A DNA stretch of 64,000 nucleotides, from NCBI GenBank assembly GCA_950097015.1, contig CATNEN010000029.1, positions 6,510,001-6,574,000 on the forward strand, in the 5' to 3' direction. Positions 35,926 to 47,454 of this stretch are shown one piece after another; the first letter of the stretch is position 1; each line of letters opens with the position of its first letter. The DNA is from Macrostomum hystrix (Eukaryota; Animalia; Platyhelminthes). Under the pieces are notes generated by a model, which was given only the letters and a program-made list of their open reading frames with translations, did no database searches and was not told where the DNA came from. The position numbers were made by a program, and so were the translations under genes.

Positions 35926-37480
35926 TTATCCGTCTACTCACGCAGCGGCTCCCCGCAGGCTGTCGGCCTGACCACGAAGAAGCTGCAGGCGCGATCCTCC
36001 TCAATCACGGCCTGTGCCAGCCGGTAGTAGCCGCTGCCAGAACTGCTCGCGCTAGCCGAAGCCGCGTAGCTGCGAAAGTCGGGCAGACTTGGCCGGCGCT
36101 TCACTGACGAGTTCATTCTCTGTTCTCACTCAAGCCAGTCTATAGCATTCTCAATTATTAAATTATAAATCTGTTCTTTTTCACCTTGAGGTTTCTCATT
36201 GGCCTCGTCTAGGCCAGAGTCCGCTTTGGTCTATTTAGAGAAACAATTCTGTAGCTCATAATATTACACAGAACTCTTATTTGAAATTAGAAAGCATTAG
36301 CCGGACCGTATGGGGGTGGGTGGGGTTGGCTCACTCAGGTCAGGCCGAGTAGCAGCTCCATTTTATTTCTAATATTGAGCCTTGCTCAGAACTGCCTCCA
36401 ATCTTTCCTGAGTTGGCATCTTGTAATTAATTGTGAGCAGGGGCTAAAAACACTGACTCCACTAGCGGCAGAACTTATTTTCTCTCTATCGTGTCCCTTA
36501 TATAGTGTACTCTATTGAGTTCTAATTCTCGAATGCACAAGAAACTGCGACTAGACTGAGAATTTCAGCTTCTACTGGAGCAAGAGAAAGAACAATGTGC
36601 CACATTATATTCTGTGCTTTTCGCTGCTTACTACCGAAAAAAATAATTCTAATTTAATAGCGAATTGATCAAGGGCAGAGTGAATGGCGGATTGATATTG
36701 TGAGTCGGCGTGAATCTCTGAGACTTCTCTGCCGCAGAAAACTTTCTACTTTCCCTCCCTCCTCCTCACTTGCTTGGAAGAGAATTTCGGCGTCGAGGAA
36801 TAATGAGGCGGAGGAAGAGGGAGCCTGGCGCACCTGGGACTCTGAAGTGGGAAGTGGGAGAATTGATTGGGAAGCGCGACTTGATCGATTGCTCACGGTT
36901 GAGTGTGCTGCACAGCGCAGGGGGAGAAGCGGTTCCCTCTTTAGCAAATTTCTTTCCCCCAATGAACAAAAACCCAGGGGTGCTGGCGTGAGCAATGGGG
37001 ATCGAAGCGGCCCGTGAGCAAATCGAATTCTTATCCCCAATCTTTGCTCCCTGGCCCTCACAGGCCCTCCAAACCCGAGGACCAAAATTTAGGGATTTAT
37101 TTTCATGAAAAATTAATGCGCTAAAATAATCCTAAATGTACTAGGTGCAAGTCTGTTCGCCTCAGACAAAGAAATTGTCCGAGGTGTGAAGAATCCATGA
37201 CTGCCTGGCCTCACAAACTCGCGGCAGTATATTTCATTAGAAAACTCAACATTTTTTACATTCTACTCACTGAATCCGTAACTACCTACTGGTTTCAGTC
37301 AGGCAGAAAGTAGTATAAAAAGGTAATTACCAGAAATTATATTTTTACTTTTTGTGTCTATCCAATTTTTTTGTACTTTTCGCACAATGACCCTGTCGAA
37401 ATTTTTTATCAATTGCCCTAGATAATTTACTAGATAATGTTCTGATAATTCAGTAATAAAAATTATCAGGAATTCTGTGA

Positions 37481-37885
37481 ATTAGGAATTCAGTGAATCA
37501 GGAAATCAGTGAATCGAGAATTCAGTGAATCAGGAAATCAGTGAATCAGGAATTCAGTGAATCAGGAATTCAGTGAATCAGGAATTCAGTGAATCAGGAA
37601 TTCATTGAATCAGGAATTCAGTGAATCAGGAAATTTGTGAATCAGGAATTCAGTGAATCAGGAATTCAGTGAATCAGGAATTCAGTGAATCAGGAATTCA
37701 GTGAATCAGGAATTCGGTGAATCAGGAATTCAGTGAATCAGGAATTCAGTGAATCAGGAATTCAGTGAATCAGGAATTCAGTGAATCAGGAATTCAGTGA
37801 ATCAGGAATTCAGTGAATCAGGAATTCAGTGAATCAGGAATTCAGTGAATCAGGAATTCGGTGAATCAGGAAATCAGTGAACAGA
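37481..37885. repeat. 16-bp minisatellite (CAGTGAATCAGGAATT)n
   Basis: Direct reading, about 25 copies. Confidence 0.97.
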
Positions 37886-38714
37886 AATTCAGTAAAACGT
37901 TAATTTAGGGATTCCTGAACTCAGTGAGTTGGGAATTTGACTGGGGCAAATCGTGTTACTTTTTATCGTTAAAGTGCAGTGAGAAAGAAAGACATTGTCA
38001 TTTGAATTTGCCAATTCTCGAAAGCTGTCATTTATGGCATTCTCTAAATGAAAGCACCTCATAAGCGCAAATGGCTAAAACAAGTACTCAAACCTACTGA
38101 ACAGGGACAGGACTGTGACACAAAAAAAACTGACAGGCCAATAATATACGGAGTGAGAGTGTCTGGCCGAACTGGGGAGATCAGAGATCTGGACACTGGA
38201 TGGGATCAGGCCGTTGGGGTTGGGGTTGGGATCAGGCCGATGAGGCTATACGGATCAGCGCGCATTAATCTGATGGAGGAGGCGATCAATCAAGCGGGAA
38301 AACTCGACCGGCCAAGCCCTCCTTGGCAACCATCGAATTGCGTGTCCACCCCACCTAGATTATACTGAGCTGCCTGCGTCTTCTCTCTCTGCGTGTGTGA
38401 GTTTGGTTTTGAGTGTCAGCAGCGAGACATCACAGCGACTGGACAAGAAATACAACTCAATAAAAGAGAGGCGCCACTATCTCGCTAGTGTTAAGTGAAG
38501 TTGGTGGCTTACTTTTTTGAGAAATTCTATAAAGCCGAAAAATTAACGAGTTCTACGAGTACCATGTCAAAGGAAGGATGTCTGTGCGTGTGTATGCACT
38601 TGGACAATAGAATTATTCAGCATCGCAAGGCATTTACGTCCCTCACATTGTGCATAGACTTTACTGACCTTCTCTGTTCCTTGATTCACTTCCAGCATGA
38701 CTTCCAAAAAACTT

Positions 38715-39645
38715 TCTCTACATCTCCCACTCTCACTACACTTCTATCCCTCCAACTAGCCTCCTCTCCCACTCTTACTACCCTTCTATCCCTCCAACTA
38801 GCCTCCTCTCCCACTCTAACTACCCTTCTATCCCTCCAACTAGCCTCCTCTCCCACTCTAACTACCCTTCTATCCCTCCAACTAGCCTCCTCTCCCACTC
38901 TTAACTACCCTTCTATCCCTCCAACTAGCCTCCTCTCCCACTCTAACTACCCTTCTATCCCTCCAACTAGCCTCCTCTCCCACTCTAACTACCCTTCTAT
39001 CCCTCCAACTAGCCTCCTCTCCCACTCTAACTACCCTTCTATCCCTCCAACTAGCCTCCTCTCCCACTCTAACTACCCTTCTATCCCTCCAACTAGCCTC
39101 CTCTCCCACTCTAACTACCCTTCTATCCCTCCAACTAGCCTCCCCTCCCACTCTAACTACCCTTCTATCCCTCCAACTAGCCTCCTCTCCCACTCTAACT
39201 ACCCTTCTATCCCTCCAACTAGCCTCCTCTCCCACTCTAACTACCCTTCTATCCCTCCAACTAGCCTCCTCTCTCACTATAACTACCCTTCTATCCCTCC
39301 AACTAGCCTCCTCTCCCACTCTAACTACCCTTCTATCCCTCCAACTAGCCTCCTCTCCCACTCTAACTACCCTTCTATCCCTCCAACTAGCCTCCTCTCC
39401 CACTCTAACTACCCTTCTATCCCTCCAACTAGCCTCCTCTCTCACTCTAACTACCCTTCTATCCCTCCAACTAGCCTCCTCTCCCACTCTAACTACCCTT
39501 CTATCCCTCCAACTAGCCTCCTCTCCCACTCTAACTACCCTTCTATCCCTCCAACTAGCCTCCTCTCCCACTCTAACTACCCTTCTATCCCTCCAACTAG
39601 CCTCCTCTCTCACTCTAACTACCCTTCTATCCCTCCAACTAACCT
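38715..39645. repeat. 42-bp pyrimidine-rich minisatellite (CTCTAACTACCCTTCTATCCCTCCAACTAGCCTCCTCTCCCA)n
   Basis: Direct reading, about 22 copies. Confidence 0.97.
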
Positions 39646-40284
39646 CTCTCTCACTCTCACTACCCCTCTCTCTCCCTATCACTACCTTTCTTTCTTACTC
39701 TCACTGCCCTTCGTTAGCCGCATAAATTTAACAAATAAAAGTATTATCGAATCCTTTAAATATTCTATTTCATGCGGACTTTTTTCTCACTAATAATGCA
39801 AAACAATAAATACCAGTGAAGAAAACGTCCATCAAAGAGTCTTGAAAGAGTGCACTAAAATAGTTGGCATAGCAACTAGACCCCGCAAAAGGTCTTACCT
39901 TAATGTGCTTACAGCTTACTGTAGGCCAACCGAAGTTGCAATTATTGTGACACAGAAAGTGTGAAAGCAGATTTCTCAGACTTCCTGGCAGTTGGGTCAG
40001 AGCAGAGCTGCTCTTTAAGAGGCCCAGCATTTATCCCATCCATACTTCCCACTCTCTTCCTACTCTCATCTCTTCCTGCTGTATTCTCTGGGCAGGTCTC
40101 TGTGTGCACCTTCCCAGTTTGAGAAGAGCCGGTGCATTATTGGTTGCTAGCGGGACTGAACGACCGTCTTCAAGCTTTTTTCTTTTTCCCACGAAGATTT
40201 ATGAAGACTTGAGATTTTTCCTGGGCTGCAGAGATTGCAGAGCTTTAGCTGGCAGATTTCTCAGTGAATACCGTAGAGCTCAAT

Positions 40285-40980
40285 ACTGGTGTGTCACTCT
40301 GGTGATACTGGTGTGTCACTCTGGTGATACTGGTGTGTCACTCTGGTGATACTGGTGTGTCACTCTGGTGATACTGGTGTGTCACTCTGGCGATACTGGT
40401 GTGTCACTCTGGTGATACTAGTGTATCACTCTGGTGATACTGGTGTGTCACTCTGGTGATACTGGTGTGTCACTCTGGTGATACTAGTGTGTCACTCTGG
40501 TGATACTAGTGTGTCACTCTGGTGATACTGGTGTGTCACTCTGGCGATACTGGTGCGTCACTCTGGTGATACTGGTGCGTCACTCTGGTGATACTGGTGT
40601 GTCACTCTGGTGATACTAGTGTGTCACTCTGGTGATACTGGTGTGTCACTCTGGCGATACTGGTGCGTCACTCTGGTGATACTGGTGTGTCGCTCTGGCG
40701 ATACTGGTGTGTCACTCTGGTGATACTGGTGTGTCACTCTGGCGATACTGGTGTGTCACTCTGGTGATACTGGTGTTTCATCACTGGCGATACTGGTGTG
40801 TCACTCTGGTGATACTAGTGTATCACTCTGGTGATACTAGTGTGTCACTCTGGTGATACTAGTGTATCACTCTGGTGATACTGGTGTGTCACTCTGGTGA
40901 TACTAGTGTGTCACTCTGGTGATACTAGTGTGTCACTCTGGTGATACTAGTGTGTCACTCTGGTGATACTGGTGTGTCAC
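40285..40980. repeat. 22-bp minisatellite (CTGGTGATACTGGTGTGTCACT)n
   Basis: Direct reading, about 31 copies. Confidence 0.97.
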
Positions 40981-41759
40981 CCATTTCAATGTTAGTAGTA
41001 TAGTAAAGTACGCTTCTGCTATATTTTATTATAGTACTTTTTCCTCCACGCGAAGGAGACTGTGAGAGATTGCCTGTCTTTCATAGAACACGCTTAATTT
41101 GGCAATAAACTCGTTAAATAATGTGCCGACCCACTAAGGTACAGTCGCCATGCATACTAGCACTATTGGCCACAATGGACCCGCAGCCACAGGCAAACCG
41201 AAGTGCTAACCTAAGAGTATGACGGGCCTCTCCTCTCATCCTAGTCTCTAGCCTCCTCTGTAAAGCCAGATTTCCAATAATTGAATCTTCGCTGGCCACT
41301 CAACTCGCGCGTTAACAGCCTCACCGCTGCTCACACATCTCAGGCTGAGCTGGGGTCGGCCGGAGGGTAGTTTCAAAGCCAACTTTCAGAGCACTTCCAG
41401 TACCTGCTTCTCTCTCTTTACTGGCTTCAGGCAGTGCGGTCAATTGCATCTTTTGCTAGTATTTTCTGTGGGGGAAAATGAGTAGAGTAAGGCAGGCCCA
41501 GCATGAGAAATTCTTTATTTGCTAAGCTCTCAGATGGGAGCCCGGATAGACCCTAACTGGCTGCTCAGGTAATCGCTCTGCTCAATAGTCAATTCTAAGC
41601 TCGAATTGATTGCCCCCAGAGGCGGAGGAGAGATAAGAAAATATTTTCACCTTTCCTAAGCCAAGCTGTCCAACATCTTGTAGGATTTGCGAGACTATGA
41701 TTAAGGATTTTTTAGCTCTTTTTACTTTATAGAATTTTCAAGCAATATATTCAAACAGA

Positions 41760-42026
41760 GAGAGGGATAGGAAGAAAGTGGAAGGGGGACGAAGAGGGAG
41801 AGAGTTGGGAGAGGGTGAGAGGTAGAGTTGGGAGTGGTTGAGAGTGTGAGAGTGTGAGAGTGTGAGAGGGAGAGAGGGAGAGAGGGAGAGAGTGAGAGGG
41901 AGAGAGGGAGAGAGGGAGAGAATGAGAGGGAGAGAGGGAGAGGGGGAGACAGGGTGAGAGTGAGAGGGAGAGAGGGTGAGAGAGAGAGGGAGAGAGGGAG
42001 AGAGAGAGCGGGAGAGAGGAGAGAGG
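41760..42026. repeat. GA-rich low-complexity tract
   Basis: Direct reading. Confidence 0.9.
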
Positions 42027-42082
42027 ACACTGCCCATTGAATTTCAAAAATCTAATGTTGGAATCGATTCCGATATGTATCG

Positions 42083-42192
42083 AAAAAATTGAAATCAGGA
42101 TTCGAACCAAGGCAACTCCAGACGCGTTTCGCTCTTTTTGGAGCTCATCAGTAGAGTCTAGCCTAGCGCTCTAGCCATTAGGCTATAGGCGC
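42083..42192 (-). ncRNA. Candidate Pol III (type 2 promoter) transcription unit: tRNA-like 5' half, hammerhead ribozyme, B box, T6 terminator
   Basis: Minus strand: GCGCCTA TAGCCTAATGG CTAGAGC G CTAGG CT AGA CTCTA CTGATGA GCTC CAAAAA GAGC GAAAC GC GTC TGGAGTT GCCTT GGTTCGAATCC TGATTTCAA TTTTTT. A box 42185-42175 starts at tRNA position 8, B box 42108-42098, first run of 4 or more T at 42088-42083. Confidence 0.7.
42114..42158 (-). ncRNA. Minimal type I hammerhead ribozyme
   Basis: Complete core CUGAUGA...GAAA...GUC. Stem I ACUCUA/UGGAGU, stem II GCUC/GAGC with loop CAAAAA, stem III AC-GC-GU (palindrome ACGCGU). Predicted cleavage 3' of the C at + coordinate 42121. Confidence 0.9.
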
Positions 42193-42315
42193 TTGTTCAA
42201 ATTCAGCTTTCAATCTCAACATATCGTAATCGATTCGGCAGCGCCCCGCAACTCAATCCATACTCACTCAACTCCGTGGCACTGACTCGGTCGTACGAGA
42301 CGCCGGTGCTGGCCT

Positions 42316-42835
42316 GAGAGAGAGGGAGAGAGGGAGAGAGAGCGGGAGAGAGGAGAGAGGGAGAGAGTGAGAGGGAGAGAGGGAGAGGGAGAGGGGGAGA
42401 GAGGGAGAGAGGGTGAGAGTAAGATGGAGAGAGGGAGAGATGGAGAGAGGGTGAGAGTAAGATGGAGAGAGGGAGAGATGGAGAGAGGGTGAGAGTGAGA
42501 GGGAGAGAGGGAGAGGGAGAGGGGGAGACAGGGAGAGAGGGTGAGAGTAAGATGGAGAGAGGGAGAGATGGAGAGAGGGTGAGAGTGAGAGGGAGAGAGG
42601 AAGAGGGAGAGGGGGAGAGAGGGAGAGAGGGTGAGAGTAAGATGGAGAGAGGGAGAGAGTGTGAGAGAGTGTGAGTGTGAGAGGCAGAGAGACGAAGAGG
42701 GAATGAAAATGAGGTTGAGTGAGTGTGTAGGAGATGCATTGCAAATATATATTAGAAACACAGATAAAAATAAAACTGAGAGAGTAGGGAGAGTAGGGAG
42801 AGTAGGGAGAGTAGGGAGAGTAGGGAGAGTAGGGA
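42316..42835. repeat. GA-rich low-complexity/minisatellite tract ending in (GAGAGTAGG)n
   Basis: Direct reading. Confidence 0.9.
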
Positions 42836-43430
42836 GCCCTTTTTTAGTATTCGTATTTAATGCACAAGTTTAGGGCTGCAATGAAAATTCATTTTCATTT
42901 TTATGGTACATCTGTATCTGGCTCTCTTTCCTCTCAGGGAAACAAGAGTCTGAAATTTTTTAATTGTCTGCCAATCACCTCATGTTAAAATACTTTGATC
43001 GTGCATGTACAACTATGCCCAAAGTGTGTCTGTCCTATCATAGTAGTCTTAAGCCCCTGGGGGCGCTGGTACTCTTGCTTTCCTGATTACGGCACAGTAG
43101 CGAATACTTCTGCGGATCGCCGCACTTGATAAAATTCTACTCACGTTTGTTTCCTCTCTCTGTCAACCCACTAAGAACTTCATCCCTCTCCTGAGCTGCT
43201 AGATTTCTCACTCGAGTTCTTTTTCTAAGAATTTTGAGAAGCCGCAGTTATTCAGTGACAAAGAAACCCCTTTTGGTTCTCAGGCACTTAGAAGTTGTAC
43301 AATTGGTTTAGATATTTTAAGTGCTTCTGTATCTATAAAAGTACTTTGCCTTTTTTACACAAACCCTGCAAGTCGAGATCCTCGATGTACACCTGTTTTG
43401 GATGTTCTTCGTAACTTTACTCGTAGTTGA

Positions 43431-44705
43431 TCCGCAGCCCTCTCACCTGTCTTATCATCGGTCTGCAGCCCCCTCACCTGTCTTATCATCGGTCTGCAGC
43501 CCTCTCACCTGTCTTATCATCGGTCTGCAGCCCTCTCACCTGTCTTATCATCGGTCTGCAGCCCTCTCACCTGTCTTATCATCGGTCTGCAGCCCTCTCA
43601 CCTGTCTTATCATTGGTCTGCAGCCCTCTCACCTGTCTTATCATCGGTCTGCAGCCCTCCCACCTGTCTTATCATCGGTCTGTCACCTTTCTTATCATTG
43701 GTCTGCAGCCCTCTCACCTGTCTTATCATCGGTCTGCAGCCCTTCCACCTGTCTTATCATCGGTCTGTCACCTGTCTTATCATCGGTCTGCAGCCCTCCC
43801 ACCTGTCTTATCATCGCTCTGTCACCTGTCTTATCATCGGTCTGCAGCCCTCCCACCTGTCTTATCATCGGTCTGCAGCCCTCCCACCTGTCTTATCATC
43901 GGTCTGTCACCTGTCTTATCATCGGTCTGCAGCCCTCCCACCTGTCTTATCATCGGTCTGCAGCCCTCTCACCTGTCTTATCATCGGTCTGCAGCCCTCT
44001 CACCTGTCTTATCATCGGTCTGCAGCCCTCTCACCTGTCTTATCATCGGTCTGCAGCCCTCCCACCTGTCTTATCATCGGTCTGTCACCTTTCTTATCAT
44101 TGGTCTGCAGCCCTCTCACCTGTCTTATCATCGGTCTGCAGCCCTTCCACCTGTCTTATCATCGGTCTGTCACCTGTCTTATCATCGGTCTGCAGCCCTC
44201 CCACCTGTCTTATCATCGGTCTGCAGCCCTCCCACCTGTCTTATCATCGGTCTGCAGCCCTCCCACCTGTCTTATCATCGGTCTGTCACCTGTCTTATCA
44301 TCGGTCTGCAGCCCTCCCACCTGTCTTATCATCGGTCTGCAGCCCTCTCACCTGTCTTATCATCGGTCTGCAGCCCTCTCACCTGTCTTATCATCGGTCT
44401 GCAGCCCTCTCACCTGTCTTATCATCGGTCTGCAGCCCTCTCACCTGTCTTATCATCGGTCTGTCACCTGTCTTATCATTGGTCTGCAGCCCTCTCACCT
44501 GTCTTATCATCGGTCTGTCACCTGTCTTATCATTGGTCTGCAGCCCTCTCACCTGTCTTATCATTGGTCTGCAGCCCTCCCACCTGTCTTGTCATCGGTC
44601 TGTCACCTGTCTTACTATCGGTCTGCAGCCCTCTCACCTGTCTTATCATCGGTCTGCAGCCCTTTCACCGGTCTTATCATCGGTCTGCAGCCCTCTCACC
44701 TGTCT
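43431..44705. repeat. 31-bp minisatellite (CACCTGTCTTATCATCGGTCTGCAGCCCTCT)n with 23-bp short variants
   Basis: Direct reading. Confidence 0.97.
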
Positions 44706-44929
44706 ACCCTTCATCCGCAGCATATAATAAAGCAATGAGGGCTCACTTGCGAATGCCATTCTGACTCCAGGAATGCCGACCGCAATTTGATAGTGCAGCC
44801 CCTGCCGATCAGCCTTGGTGTAAAAATATATCGCCGTACGTCCGTTGGGGTTGAAAAAGCTAGCACTAGCTAATTAAATACCAAGATTCAGACCTTATTA
44901 AATTTGAATCGCTGATTTCGATAAGCCAG

Positions 44930-44983
<54 letters not shown>

Positions 44984-46367
44984 GTGGTTCTGCTGATACT
45001 CAATTCGACTAGCCAATCCTGCAAGACTATCGTGTAGCACCTTCAGATGCGGTGAATCTAGTACCAGTTCTTTGATGTCGCCGCCAATCGCGCCTTCAAC
45101 GGAGGCTCCTTTGATGACGTTTCTAGAGTCAGTCTCAGCGGTCCCAATAGCGTTCTGTCCTCTGACGTTGCCGCCTGTCTGACTGTCTGTAGAGATCTAT
45201 TAAACAATATGTTGGAAATAAGGAACAGATCTTTCGCGTCGACTAATAGAAACTCGAAACTGCTCGAAACTCCTCACCGTGCTGTTTCGCGAGTCTCGAA
45301 ATCGACGCCTTCGATCTTCGACTCGACGCTCAGGGCAGAGCTGCGCATCGGACTGGCCGCTTTGCGAAGTGCTGCTGGCGGAGAACAGTGGCCGTTTTAA
45401 TACCGGCTTTTGCCTACTAATAGTAGAATAGGCAGTTAATAGTTTTCAACATTTCTACTTATTCCAGACGTAGAAAATGTAAAATATTTTAAAGTACAAT
45501 TTAACAACGCAGCGCTCACAACCGATCCATCGGCGTAATGACCGCTTCCTCGTCCGCGGAACTCGCGACGTCATCATCTTCAAGCTCCTCGGCCTCCGCT
45601 AGGCGGCTCCAGCTGTAACTCTGCTCGCGGTTCATTGGTGATTCTCTAAGCCGTGTTTCCTTAACTCAAAGACTGGAAAGAGAGTATGTTTAGATGTTCA
45701 ATAAGATGGAGGACGGATAGAGGACGATGGAAGACATTTTCTGTGTCGCTCGGAAGAGATTTTCTGGCTATCTATTTCATGATTTGGCCCAGCAGGGTAA
45801 GCCAGCCGATATGTATTGAAAAAATGACATGTAAGCAGACATGTTCTTTGAAGTCTCAAAGGATTTGCAACCAAAGTAGTCTTAGTAGTGGAGAATTAGA
45901 TAATTGAGTCTATAGAGAGCGAAATGATAATTTTTTTCAAAAGAGAATGAGGCACAAAAGCATAGAGCTTACTTACCTAGCTATTGCTAGCTGCAATGAC
46001 CTGTCTGCTTCTTTCGAGTCTACCAGCTCAGAGGATGTCGGAAGCGGCCGGCAGCCTAATTAAATATGGCATCGAGGCGAGGTTGGTGAGCAGACGGCCA
46101 CCCTGCTAGATGGATGGCCTGACAGAGGCGAGAGAGCAGGAGCGCAGATCCAGCATGTCAGTCGATGGGGCTGATCTGGCTACACAAAAGTCCCAATCCC
46201 AACTGCCTGGCCTAATCCCATTGCGATTTATGACCAGTTTTGGCTAGCCTTTTGCGATTCGCTTTTAGATAAACGATTTATCTTTAATGACACTTGCACT
46301 CGCACTAAAGGAAGAATTCATGCGACCTGCGGATGCTGTGTTTCTAAAAGATTTCACACTCGTATCA

Positions 46368-46885
46368 CCTGTTAGATGAGTGCTACCTGTTAAACAACTG
46401 ATGGGGTCAATGCTACCTGTTAGACAACTGATGGGGTCAATGCTACCTGTTAGACAACTGATGGGGTCAATGCTACCTGTTAGACAACTGATGGGGTCAA
46501 TGCTACCTGTTAGACAACTAATGGGGTCAATGCTACCTGTTTGATGAGTGCTACCTGTTAGACAGCTGATGGAGTCAATGCTACCTGTTAGACAACTGAT
46601 GGGGTCAATGCTACCTGTTAGACAACTGATGGGGTCAATGCTACCTGTTAGACAACTGATGGGGTCAATGCTACCTGTTAGACAACTGATGGGGTCAATG
46701 CTACCTGTTAGATGAGTGCTACCTGTTAGACAACTGATGGGGTCAATGCTACCTGTTAGACAACTGATGGGTTCAATGCTACCTGTTAGACAACTGATGG
46801 GTTCAATGCTACCTGTTAGACAACTGATGGGGTCAATGCTCGTTAGACAACTGATGGGGTCAATGCTCGTTAGACAACTGATGGG
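46368..46885. repeat. 30-bp minisatellite (TGCTACCTGTTAGACAACTGATGGGGTCAA)n
   Basis: Direct reading. Confidence 0.96.
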
Positions 46886-47454
46886 GCCATGCTTCCTTTT
46901 AGACACCTGATGTATTGAGTGGTAACCATTACACACATGATTAAATGATAACACCATATTTCTAGCTGTTAAACAAATGAACCCTGAAAAGATTTCAAAC
47001 AAATCTCAACCTTCTAGAAGCAATTCGAGCTTAATCTATCGAGAGTTTTTCATTCCCAATGATAAAATTCTGCAGTAATATTCTTGCGACATGAGTATGA
47101 TATGTTGATCCTCTAACATCGCATATCAGTACAGAACTTTTCATCCAGAAATTTCCAGTATAGCACTGTAATTAGCCTTGATTGCTATCCGATTAATTGA
47201 GGTCCCTGCCCCGCCTTGCCTTGTGCACCCACTGAACTCACGGAGCACTTTGGCGCAACTTAATTGCCACTTGTGCTAGCTGCCTTCAGATTGGCCTGCC
47301 GATGTCCAACGATGCGTGCCTGACCGAATCCGAGATGAAAATAGAAATAGAAAATCTATATTGACTCTTTATCTGGAAGTGGGTCGGAGAGTGGGACAGG
47401 TAGAGGGAAAGACGGGGGAGAGGGAGACACAGGGGAGAGGGAGAGACAGGGGAG

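Larger units (their letters stand above)
32500..46370 (-). pseudogene. Scattered minus-strand exon-like islands between satellite arrays: one or more fragmented genes, with a possible C2-like C-terminal segment and a poly-Gln exon
   Basis: Clean terminal exon 32685-32500 (PEWAGNWRRGELKLRIRIL..GADV*). Exon-like islands near 33.1-33.2, 33.5-33.9, 35.95-36.1, 40.0-40.25, 42.2-42.3, 44894-45186 (poly-Q), 45.27-45.37, 45.5-45.65, 46.0-46.2 and 46.27-46.37 kb, many with AG/GT ends. Several need single-base shifts to stay open, so the gene model is unresolved. Confidence 0.35.

Noticed and set aside
42083-42192. Possible intron-containing tRNA-Ser(AGA)
   Set aside because: There is no 3' anticodon strand at the canonical place, the T stem pairs poorly, and the 3' acceptor strand (TGATTTC) cannot pair with GCGCCTA. 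It is retained only as a tRNA-like Pol III promoter.
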